DNA of 64,000 bases from an uncultured Alphaproteobacteria bacterium. Its GTDB lineage: Bacteria > Pseudomonadota > Alphaproteobacteria > HIMB59 > GCA-002718135. The position numbers and the translations under genes are program-made. The stretch lies in the NCBI GenBank assembly GCA_902618385.1, contig CACNAF010000002.1, positions 30,988 through 94,987 on the forward strand. The letters run 5' to 3'. The notes beneath the pieces were generated by a model that was not told where the DNA came from, made no database searches, and was given only the letters and a program-made list of their open reading frames with translations. Below, in pieces: positions 18,940 to 26,598 of the stretch (position 1 is its first letter; each line of letters starts with the position of its first letter).

Positions 18940-20065
18940 TAGTAAATTGAACTCTCATTCCTGCTTGATTAAATAGTAATGCTTTATCTGAAACTCTTTT
19001 AATATTCACACTAGAACCGTTTGAAATTTGGTGTGTAAATTGAGGTAAGCCCCTTACAATTATTTTATTTGAACCGTCTTCAATATTTACATGAAAGAAA
19101 ATATCTGAACCTAAATTTTCTCTATATGCAACTATTCCACTAAATGTATTGTCATTACTTTCATTTGTAATTTCTAAATGTTCTGGTCGAATACCAATAT
19201 GTAAATCTGTATTACTTTCAGAACTTTTTCTTTTTAAATTAACGTTGAGAAAACTTACTGTCCCACTTGAGTCCGAAGTTCCTTCAAATATATTTATTTT
19301 TGGACTTCCAACAAACTGAGCCACACTTAATGAGGAAGGATTGTCATATACTTCTTGAGGTGTATCAAGTTGTAATAAATTTCCATCAATCATAACAGCC
19401 ATTCTAGAAGACATAGTTAATGCTTCTGCTTGATCATGTGTAACGTACACAAAAGTAGTTTTAAGTGAATTATGAAGTTCAGATAGTTCAGAACGCATGT
19501 GAACTCTCAAAGCCGCATCTAAATTTGAAAGAGGCTCATCCATTAAAAAGGCAACAGGCTCTCTTACCATAGCACGACCAAGAGCAACTCTTTGTCTTTG
19601 ACCACCTGACAATTGTCCAGGTTTTCTATCTAATAGTTCTGAAATTTTTAAAGTTTCAGAAGTTTTATTTACTAATTGATTTATAGATTCTGTTTTCTCT
19701 TTTTTGCTTGGAGAAAAATTACCAATCAAGGGTAGTCTTTCAAATGCATTATAATCTCTAAGTCTTAATGGAGTTTCTAAATTTCTTCTTACTGTGAGAT
19801 GAGGATAAAGAGCATATGATTGGAATACCATCGCCAAATCTCTTTCACTGGCTCTAACTCTATTTACATTTTTATTATCTATTAATACATCACCCGAAGT
19901 TTGTTGTTCCAATCCTGCAATTATTCTAAGTAATGTAGATTTACCACAACCAGATGGACCAACTAATGTTAAGAATTCTCCATCGTTTATGTCAACATTC
20001 AAATTATTAAGTACTTGTGTAGACCCAAATGACTTTGAAATATTTTTAAGTGATATAGTCCCCAC
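18932..20065 (-). CDS. CUT1-family ABC ATP-binding protein (UgpC/MalK-like)
   Basis: Walker [10 protein letters not shown], signature LSGGQRQRVALGR, Walker B FLMDEPLSNLD, and a C-terminal regulatory domain. GTG start with GGGGGA 6 nt upstream. Confidence 0.88.
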   Translation of the reverse strand: MGTISLKNISKSFGSTQVLNNLNVDINDGEFLTLVGPSGCGKSTLLRIIAGLEQQTSGDVLIDNKNVNRVRASERDLAMVFQSYALYPHLTVRRNLETPLRLRDYNAFERLPLIGNFSPSKKEKTESINQLVNKTSETLKISELLDRKPGQLSGGQRQRVALGRAMVREPVAFLMDEPLSNLDAALRVHMRSELSELHNSLKTTFVYVTHDQAEALTMSSRMAVMIDGNLLQLDTPQEVYDNPSSLSVAQFVGSPKINIFEGTSDSSGTVSFLNVNLKRKSSESNTDLHIGIRPEHLEITNESNDNTFSGIVAYRENLGSDIFFHVNIEDGSNKIIVRGLPQFTHQISNGSSVNIKRVSDKALLFNQAGMRVQFTNA

Positions 20066-20134
20066 TCATTCCCCCTCTATGTTAACTTTAATCTACAAAA
20101 TTTTATTAAATTTGAGAATATTTTAAATCTATTT

Positions 20135-20164
20135 ATTTCAGTTTTATTTCAATTTTATTAACAA
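20135..20164 (-). promoter_or_regulatory. candidate Pho box (three phased heptamers) facing the ugpC-like operon
   Basis: The minus strand reads TTGTTAA-n5-TTGAAAT-AAAA-CTGAAAT. TAAAAT follows 9 nt downstream. The site is about 70 nt upstream of the GTG start. Confidence 0.45.
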
Positions 20165-20241
20165 ATATTCAAATTATCATTGAGTTTAACTAGCAGATAA
20201 CTATAAATTCTTATTTTTAATAATATATATTAGATGAATTT

Positions 20242-21483
20242 GTGTCCGATAACTTAGAAATTAATAAAAGAGAATATCCAAGTAATTTTTCAAAAACTGC
20301 TATTGTGATTTGCCTTGATGGTAGTCAAAAAGAGTATCTCGAAGAAGCATCAAAATCAAATCTTACACCAAACCTTGATAAATTAATTGCAAGTGGTGAA
20401 AACCTACTAGTACACAGCGCTATTCCAAGTTTTACAAATCCAAATAATATTTCGATTGTAACAGGCCAACCAAGTTCTGTTCACGGTATATGCGGGAACT
20501 TCTTTTATACACCCGAGACCGGTGAAGAAGTAATGATGAATGACCCAAAATATATGCGAGCACCAACTATTTTTGAAAAATTTTATAATTCTGGTTCTAA
20601 AATTGCTCTGGTTACTGCAAAAGATAAGCTGAGAACACTTTTAGGAAATGGATTAAGTTTTGATGATGAGAGAGCTATTTGTTTTTCTGCTGAAAAATCT
20701 GATCAAGCAACAAAAGATCTCAATGGTATAGATAATGTAAACGATTGGTTAGGGATGCCAGTGCCAGAAGTATACTCTGAAGAACTTTCTGAATTTGTAA
20801 TGGCTGCAGGTGTAAAGCTTCTTGAAGAGTTCAAACCAAATATCATGTATTTATCGACTACGGATTATATTCAACACAAATATGCGCCAGGAAATGAAAC
20901 AGCAAATAAATTTTATGCAATGTTTGATAAATATATTGGTCTTTTAAATAAGGAGAATGTTTCTATAATTATCACAGCAGATCACGGTATGAAACCAAAA
21001 TCAAAAGAAGATGGTTCACCTAATGCAATATTTTTACAAGATTATTTAGATAAAAAATTTGAACCAAACATGGCTAAAGTTATTCTACCAATTACAGATC
21101 CATATGTTGTGCATCATGGTTCACTTGGTTCTTTTGCAACAATTTATTTAGAAGACAAAAGTAAGATAGATTCAGTTGTAAATGCTATAAAAGAAATAAA
21201 AGATATAGAAGTTGTTTTAACAAAAGACGAAGGATGCTCTACTTATAATTTACCTCCAGATAGAATGGGGGATATTATATGTATGTCTTCAGAATTTATG
21301 ACTATTGGTTCATCAGAAGATAAACACAATCTTTCTGGATTAAATGAACCTTTACGTTCACACGGTGGACTTCATGAAAGAGAAGTGCCATTCATATCAA
21401 ATTTAAAATTACAAAATTTAGATACTAACAAACAATTATATAACTATGATGCATTTTACTATGCAATTAACGGAGCCCTATGA
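20242..21483 (+). CDS. phnA: phosphonoacetate hydrolase
   Basis: Alkaline-phosphatase/NPP superfamily. Nucleophile motif [14 protein letters not shown], plus TADHGM and SHGGLHE. 413 aa with a GTG start. Overlaps the following ALDH by 4 nt, as in characterised phnA-phnY pairs. Confidence 0.82.
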   Translation: MSDNLEINKREYPSNFSKTAIVICLDGSQKEYLEEASKSNLTPNLDKLIASGENLLVHSAIPSFTNPNNISIVTGQPSSVHGICGNFFYTPETGEEVMMNDPKYMRAPTIFEKFYNSGSKIALVTAKDKLRTLLGNGLSFDDERAICFSAEKSDQATKDLNGIDNVNDWLGMPVPEVYSEELSEFVMAAGVKLLEEFKPNIMYLSTTDYIQHKYAPGNETANKFYAMFDKYIGLLNKENVSIIITADHGMKPKSKEDGSPNAIFLQDYLDKKFEPNMAKVILPITDPYVVHHGSLGSFATIYLEDKSKIDSVVNAIKEIKDIEVVLTKDEGCSTYNLPPDRMGDIICMSSEFMTIGSSEDKHNLSGLNEPLRSHGGLHEREVPFISNLKLQNLDTNKQLYNYDAFYYAINGAL

Positions 21484-22922
21484 TGCACAAAAAAATGATT
21501 AATGAAGCAATGCGTATTGCTGGAGAAAAAGTTACCTCAGATAAAACAATAAATGTTGAGTACCCTTTTACAGGTGAAGTAATCGGAACGGTTCCAGCCG
21601 GTACTGCAGAGCATGCAAGAAAGGCTTTAGATATTGCTGCAAATTACCAACCTAAACTTACAAGATACGAGAGACAAAAAATTCTTCAAACTGCTGCAGA
21701 AGTACTTGTTAAAAGAAAAGAAGAAATTTCTGATATTATTACTTTAGAACTTGGTATCTCAAAACAAGATTCTTTATACGAAGTAGGAAGAGCTTTTGAT
21801 GTCTTTTCATTAACGGCTCAACTTTGTATTCTTGATGATGGAGAAATATTTTCTTGTGATTTAACTCCGCATGGAAAAGCGAGAAAAATATTTACCATAA
21901 GAGAACCTTTAACGGCAATTTCAGCAATCACTCCATTTAATCATCCTTTGAATATGGTAGCGCATAAAATTGCACCTTCAATTGCAACTAATAATTGTAC
22001 TGTATGTAAACAAACAGAATTAACACCCTTAACAGCAATGGTACTTGCTGATGTTTTATATGAAGCAGGTTTACCACCAGAAATGTTTTCAGTTGTAACT
22101 GGATGGCCTCAAGACATTGGATCAGAAATGATCAAAAATCCAAACATTGATCTCATTACTTTTACAGGCAGTGTAGGTGTAGGAAAATTAATTGCTGAAC
22201 AAGCTGGATACAAAAGAACAGTTCTTGAGCTAGGCGGTAATGATCCTTTAATTGTTTTAAACGACTTAGATGGTGATGATCTTAAAAAAGCTGTTGAGCT
22301 AGCTGTTACTGGAGCAACGAAAAACTCTGGTCAACGTTGTACAGCTGTTAAAAGAATACTGGTTCAAGAATCCATTGCAGATCAATTTGTTGAAATGGCT
22401 CTTGAGCGTGCTAAGAAAATTAAATTTGGTGATCCTATGAATATGGAAACAGACTTAGGTACGGTTGTTAATGCTCAAGCTGCAGAACTTTTTGATAAAA
22501 GAGTTTCTATGGCTGAAGAAGACGGTGCAAAAATTTTATATCACCCTGGAAGAAAGGGTGCTTTGTTACCTCCAATAGTTGTAGATCATGTTGATCCTAA
22601 AAGTGAATTAGTTTTAGAAGAAACATTTGGTCCAGTTATCCCAATCATTCGTGTGCCTAATGACGATGAAGCTGTAATGAAAATATCTAATTCAACCGCA
22701 TTTGGATTATCATCTGGTGTATGTACAAATAACTTCATGCGAGCAAAAAAATATATTCAAGGTTTAAATGTTGGAACTGTAAATATTTGGGAGGTTCCAG
22801 GCTATAGAATTGAAATGTCTCCTTTTGGAGGAATTAAAGATTCAGGTCTTGGTTATAAAGAAGGAGTAATTGAAGCAATGAAAAGCTTTACTAATGTAAA
22901 AACTTTCTCGCTACCTTGGTAA
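21480..22922 (+). CDS. phnY: phosphonoacetaldehyde dehydrogenase (NAD-dependent aldehyde dehydrogenase)
   Basis: ALDH motifs ELGGNDP, catalytic Cys in GQRCTAV, and EETFGPV. The call rests on translational coupling to phnA and on phnW nearby. Confidence 0.78.
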   Translation: MMHKKMINEAMRIAGEKVTSDKTINVEYPFTGEVIGTVPAGTAEHARKALDIAANYQPKLTRYERQKILQTAAEVLVKRKEEISDIITLELGISKQDSLYEVGRAFDVFSLTAQLCILDDGEIFSCDLTPHGKARKIFTIREPLTAISAITPFNHPLNMVAHKIAPSIATNNCTVCKQTELTPLTAMVLADVLYEAGLPPEMFSVVTGWPQDIGSEMIKNPNIDLITFTGSVGVGKLIAEQAGYKRTVLELGGNDPLIVLNDLDGDDLKKAVELAVTGATKNSGQRCTAVKRILVQESIADQFVEMALERAKKIKFGDPMNMETDLGTVVNAQAAELFDKRVSMAEEDGAKILYHPGRKGALLPPIVVDHVDPKSELVLEETFGPVIPIIRVPNDDEAVMKISNSTAFGLSSGVCTNNFMRAKKYIQGLNVGTVNIWEVPGYRIEMSPFGGIKDSGLGYKEGVIEAMKSFTNVKTFSLPW

Positions 22923-22977
22923 AAAAACAAGTTTTTCTCTAATTTTTTTATTTCTGTGGAAAAATAAGCTTATTTTT

Positions 22978-23006
22978 TAGTAATATTTTCGTAATAAAAT
23001 TGTAAC
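22978..23006 (+). promoter_or_regulatory. candidate Pho box (three 11-bp-phased heptamers) upstream of the UgpB-like SBP
   Basis: TAGTAAT-ATTT-TCGTAAT-AAAA-TTGTAAC, 53 nt upstream of the ATG. A strong GGGAGG SD sits at 23048-23053. Confidence 0.5.
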
Positions 23007-23058
23007 CCTTTCTAGCTACATGTTAGATTAAATTATTATATTCAATCGGGAGGATTAA

Positions 23059-24312
23059 ATGAAAAAATTAATTACAGGATTGGCAGCCGTATTAGCTTTC
23101 GGTTTTTATGGTTCTGTTAATTCAGCTAAGTCTATTGAAATAGAAGTAGCTTATCCTTATTCAGGATTATTCGATGTAACGTTTCAAGCTATTATGCCAG
23201 AGTTTGAAAAAGCGCATCCAGATATTCAAGTTAAATTTAGAGCAACTTATGAAAACTATGAAGATGCAACTGCAACAATTTTTAGAGAGTCTACTTCAGG
23301 TAACTTACCAGATGTAACGATGCAAGGTCTTAACAGACAAGCACCTCTAGTAGATAAAGGTATTGCAAAGTCTTTAGAGCCATTTATTGCAAAAGAAGCA
23401 GCTTTTGAAAAAGATGGTTACCATTCCGCTATGTTAAGTCTTTCAACATTCGGTGGTGAAGTTTATGGATTACCATTTTCTGTATCAACGCCAGTTGGAT
23501 ATTACAACATGGATCTATTAGCTGAAGCAGGTGTAGATAGTATTCCAACTAACTGGGACGAAGTTATTGCAGCATGTAATAAATTGGAAGCAGCAGGTAA
23601 AGGAACTCTATACTTTGGTTGGAACATCACAGGTAACTGGTTCCACCAAGCATTAATGCATACTCAGAACGTTCCAATGGTTAAAGATGGAGCTGTAAAT
23701 ATGGGTGGTGATGCAGGACTTGCAACGTTAGAGCAAATGAAAGCAATCATGAGTGGATGTAATATGCCAAACTATTCAATTGCTGATGGTCAAGCTGCGT
23801 TTAACGCAGGTACTATTGGTATGATGTTCTGGTCTACTTCAAGCTTGGGTTCAGTTAATGCTGCAAAGGCAGACTTTGTTTTAAAAACTGCACCATTCCC
23901 TGGAATGGCTGGAGTAAACAATGGAACACCAGCAAGATTACCAGCAGGTGGAAACGCTGCAATGTTAGTGTCTACATCTGATGATCCAGCAAGAGTTGAT
24001 GCTGCATGGACTTTCTTAAAGTTCATTACATCAGGTATCGGTGCTGCATTAGTTGCTGAAACAACTGGATATGTTCCACCAAATAAAGCAGCGAATGATT
24101 TATTAGGTGACTTCTATAGTCAAAACCCTAATAAACTTACTGCTGTTGAACAACTTCCACTTCTTGCTGATTGGTTTGCGTATCCTGGAGAAAATGGATT
24201 AGCTGTTACACAGGTAATCTATGATTTCACGGAAGAAATTGCTACAGGTGACGCTGATGATATGGCAGATCTTCAAGAAGAAATGATGGAAGAAATAAAC
24301 GATCTTATGTAA
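23059..24312 (+). CDS. family-1 extracellular solute-binding protein, UgpB-like (glycerophosphoryl or organophosphorus ligand inferred)
   Basis: Signal peptide. Colinear with E. coli UgpB as I recall it (HPDIQVKF..YENYED, FSVSTPVGYYNMDLLAEAG, TGYVPPNKAA). It has its own strong SD and terminator. Confidence 0.75.
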   Translation: MKKLITGLAAVLAFGFYGSVNSAKSIEIEVAYPYSGLFDVTFQAIMPEFEKAHPDIQVKFRATYENYEDATATIFRESTSGNLPDVTMQGLNRQAPLVDKGIAKSLEPFIAKEAAFEKDGYHSAMLSLSTFGGEVYGLPFSVSTPVGYYNMDLLAEAGVDSIPTNWDEVIAACNKLEAAGKGTLYFGWNITGNWFHQALMHTQNVPMVKDGAVNMGGDAGLATLEQMKAIMSGCNMPNYSIADGQAAFNAGTIGMMFWSTSSLGSVNAAKADFVLKTAPFPGMAGVNNGTPARLPAGGNAAMLVSTSDDPARVDAAWTFLKFITSGIGAALVAETTGYVPPNKAANDLLGDFYSQNPNKLTAVEQLPLLADWFAYPGENGLAVTQVIYDFTEEIATGDADDMADLQEEMMEEINDLM

Positions 24313-24342
24313 TTTGAGATTATTTATTATTAACTTTTTATT

Positions 24343-24375
24343 ACAGCGGCTTTATAAAAGCCGCTGTTTTATTTT
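24343..24375 (+). terminator. rho-independent terminator or attenuator after the SBP gene
   Basis: ACAGCGGCTTT-ata-AAAGCCGCTGT (11-bp stem) followed by TTTATTTT. Confidence 0.8.
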
Positions 24376-24399
24376 AAATTTAAATGGGAGTAAAAATAG

Positions 24400-25479
24400 A
24401 TGCCTCTTACAACAACTACAATAGGTGCTTATCCAAAACCTAAACAAACACCCATTCAAGATTGGTTTTTAGGGACAAAATCAGAAGAAGAGAGAAAAGC
24501 ATCAAAAGGATTATTATCAAATTGGTCACCTGGCGCATATGAAAAAGCATTAGAGTCTGCAGGTGCGGATGCTGAAAAATTATTTTTAGCAGCAATTAAA
24601 GAAGTTATAACTGATCAAGTGAGTGCGGGTATTGATGTTCCAACAGATGGGGAAGTTAGGCGTGAGAGTTATGTATTATATCAATGTCGATTTTTAAATG
24701 GTGTAAGTTTTAAGGAAGTTACACATAAGTCAGTAAGACAGGGTGCGTTCGAAGCTGACCTTCCAACTATTGTTGCACCAATTTCAAGTAAAGAAATACG
24801 TATGCATTTAGACTGGAAGAGTGCACAACAATTTACAAAAAACCCAGTTAAAATTACGCTACCTGGACCAATGACAATTACAGATTCAATTGCCAACAAT
24901 TACTATGATGACATGAAAAAACTTGGTTTTGATTTAGCATTAGCCCTCAATAAAGAAGTTAAAGCACTTGTAGATGCAGGTTGTCAGTATATTCAAATTG
25001 ATGAACCAGTATTTGCTAGAAAGCCCGATGAAGCTCATTCTTACGGTATGGAAAATTTAGAAAGAATGATGCATGGTATTCCTAAAGAAGTGCAACGCGT
25101 TTGCCATATCTGTTGTGGTTATCCTAACTCATTAGATTCAGAAGGGTATAAAAAGGCTGATCTAGATGCTTATGATAGAATTGCATCACTTGTAGATGAT
25201 TCAACTATTGATGAAGTATCTTTAGAAGATTCACATAGGCATAATGATTTAAATCTTTTAGAAAAATTTACTAAAACAAAAGTAATTTTTGGATTTATTG
25301 ATATTGCAAAAAGTAGAATGGAGTCTGTTGAAGAGGTAAGAGTTCGTATCAAAGATTCACTTGAACATATTGATGAACACCGCTTAATAGCTGCACCAGA
25401 TTGTGGTTTAGGTTTCTTTACACGAGAACAAGCAATTGAGAAAATGACAATTTTAACTAAAGCGGCAAAATCAATTTAA
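24400..25479 (+). CDS. core-MetE-like protein: cobalamin-independent methionine synthase catalytic domain only (Zn-dependent thiol alkyltransferase)
   Basis: 359 aa. TTTIGAYPKP, PTDGEVRRE and YIQIDEPVF match the MetE C-terminal domain. Zn ligands are present: H-x-C in VCHICCGY, E in VSLEDS, C in APDCGLGF. There is no N-terminal folate-tail domain. Confidence 0.8.
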   Translation: MPLTTTTIGAYPKPKQTPIQDWFLGTKSEEERKASKGLLSNWSPGAYEKALESAGADAEKLFLAAIKEVITDQVSAGIDVPTDGEVRRESYVLYQCRFLNGVSFKEVTHKSVRQGAFEADLPTIVAPISSKEIRMHLDWKSAQQFTKNPVKITLPGPMTITDSIANNYYDDMKKLGFDLALALNKEVKALVDAGCQYIQIDEPVFARKPDEAHSYGMENLERMMHGIPKEVQRVCHICCGYPNSLDSEGYKKADLDAYDRIASLVDDSTIDEVSLEDSHRHNDLNLLEKFTKTKVIFGFIDIAKSRMESVEEVRVRIKDSLEHIDEHRLIAAPDCGLGFFTREQAIEKMTILTKAAKSI

Positions 25480-25483
25480 TGTA

Positions 25484-26596
25484 ATGTGGAATTATTTTAA
25501 TCCTGTTGAAATTATCTTTGGAGAAAATAGATTTAAAGAAGTACATGATGCTCTTAAAAATAAGAACTACATCATAATCACTCATCCAGAAGAAATTTTT
25601 AAAAAATATAGCGATGAATTAAAATCTTCTTCAAATCCACCACTATCCATTATGACGGATGTTCAGCCTAATCCAGATTATAAGGATATTTTAGAGCTAC
25701 AAAAAAAATTTTCTTCAATCAATGAATCGGTAGATTATATTTTAGCTATAGGTGGTGGCTCTGTTACAGACACAGCTAAAGCAATTGCTGCATTTAAAGA
25801 TAAACAAGAATATCTGACAGATTTCGTTCGCAATAAGAAAAGTCCAAGAGTCGAAAATCCAATCAAGATTATTGCAATACCTACAACTTCAGGAACATCA
25901 AGTGAGCTTACGTGTTGGGCCACAATTTGGGATAAAGAAAAAAACAATAAATTATCTTTGGCGCATAAATCTCTTTATGCAGAAAAAACAATTATCGATC
26001 CATCTATTATGGTTGATAAGCCTTTAGGCTTGACCATTTCAACTGGTTTAGATGCTCTCTCCCATTCAATGGAAAGTATTTGGAATATTAATGCAAATCC
26101 AGTTTCTGCTTCTCATGCAATACAAGCATCAAAATTAGTATTAGAAAATTTACCACTTCTCACTAAAGATTTAAGAAGTGTTGAATTACGCTCAAACATT
26201 GCATTGGCGTGTGTTCATGCTGGTTTAGCGTTTTCCAATACGAAAACTGCTATTGCGCACAATCTATCATACCCTGTGACACTCAATTACGGTATTCAGC
26301 ATGGTATTGCTTGTTCATTTACTTTACCCATGATTACTAAAAGTATGGTTGGAATTGATAGTGTCGCTGAAGAAAGACTAAAGTTAATTTTTAACGATAA
26401 CCTTGAAAATGCCGCAAATCATCTGAGTGAATTTATGCGTTCTTTAGAGGTTCCTCTTAACTTAAATGAAATAAAAGTTCCTGTTCAAGAATGGAATAAT
26501 ATAGTAGATGATGCGTTTTTAGGGGAACGAGGTAAAAACTTTATTGGCAATAAAGAAGCCTTTATCTCTTCTGCTAAATCAATGGGACTTTATTAG
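25484..26596 (+). CDS. iron-containing (group III) alcohol dehydrogenase; candidate phosphonoacetaldehyde / 2-hydroxyethylphosphonate oxidoreductase
   Basis: GGGSVTDTAKAIA, PTTSGTSSELT, and metal His motifs LSHSMES and IAHNLSYPV...HGIAC. 370 aa. The substrate is inferred only from context. Confidence 0.75.
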   Translation: MWNYFNPVEIIFGENRFKEVHDALKNKNYIIITHPEEIFKKYSDELKSSSNPPLSIMTDVQPNPDYKDILELQKKFSSINESVDYILAIGGGSVTDTAKAIAAFKDKQEYLTDFVRNKKSPRVENPIKIIAIPTTSGTSSELTCWATIWDKEKNNKLSLAHKSLYAEKTIIDPSIMVDKPLGLTISTGLDALSHSMESIWNINANPVSASHAIQASKLVLENLPLLTKDLRSVELRSNIALACVHAGLAFSNTKTAIAHNLSYPVTLNYGIQHGIACSFTLPMITKSMVGIDSVAEERLKLIFNDNLENAANHLSEFMRSLEVPLNLNEIKVPVQEWNNIVDDAFLGERGKNFIGNKEAFISSAKSMGLY

Positions 26597-26598
26597 TA

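Noticed and set aside
24313-24399. A possible SAM-type riboswitch upstream of the MetE-like gene. SAM-II/SAM-V riboswitches are known in marine alphaproteobacteria.
   Set aside because: The only structure is an uninterrupted 11-bp stem with a 3-nt loop and a U-tract, which is a plain terminator. There is no internal loop or pseudoknot-capable loop-to-3'-tail complementarity that I could find.
25484-26596. The Fe-ADH as evidence for methylphosphonate or 2-HEP biosynthesis (a Ppm-Ppd-Pdh-MpnS-type cluster).
   Set aside because: No PEP mutase, phosphonopyruvate decarboxylase or MpnS/HEPD-like cupin dioxygenase gene exists in the window. All neighbours are catabolic or uptake genes.
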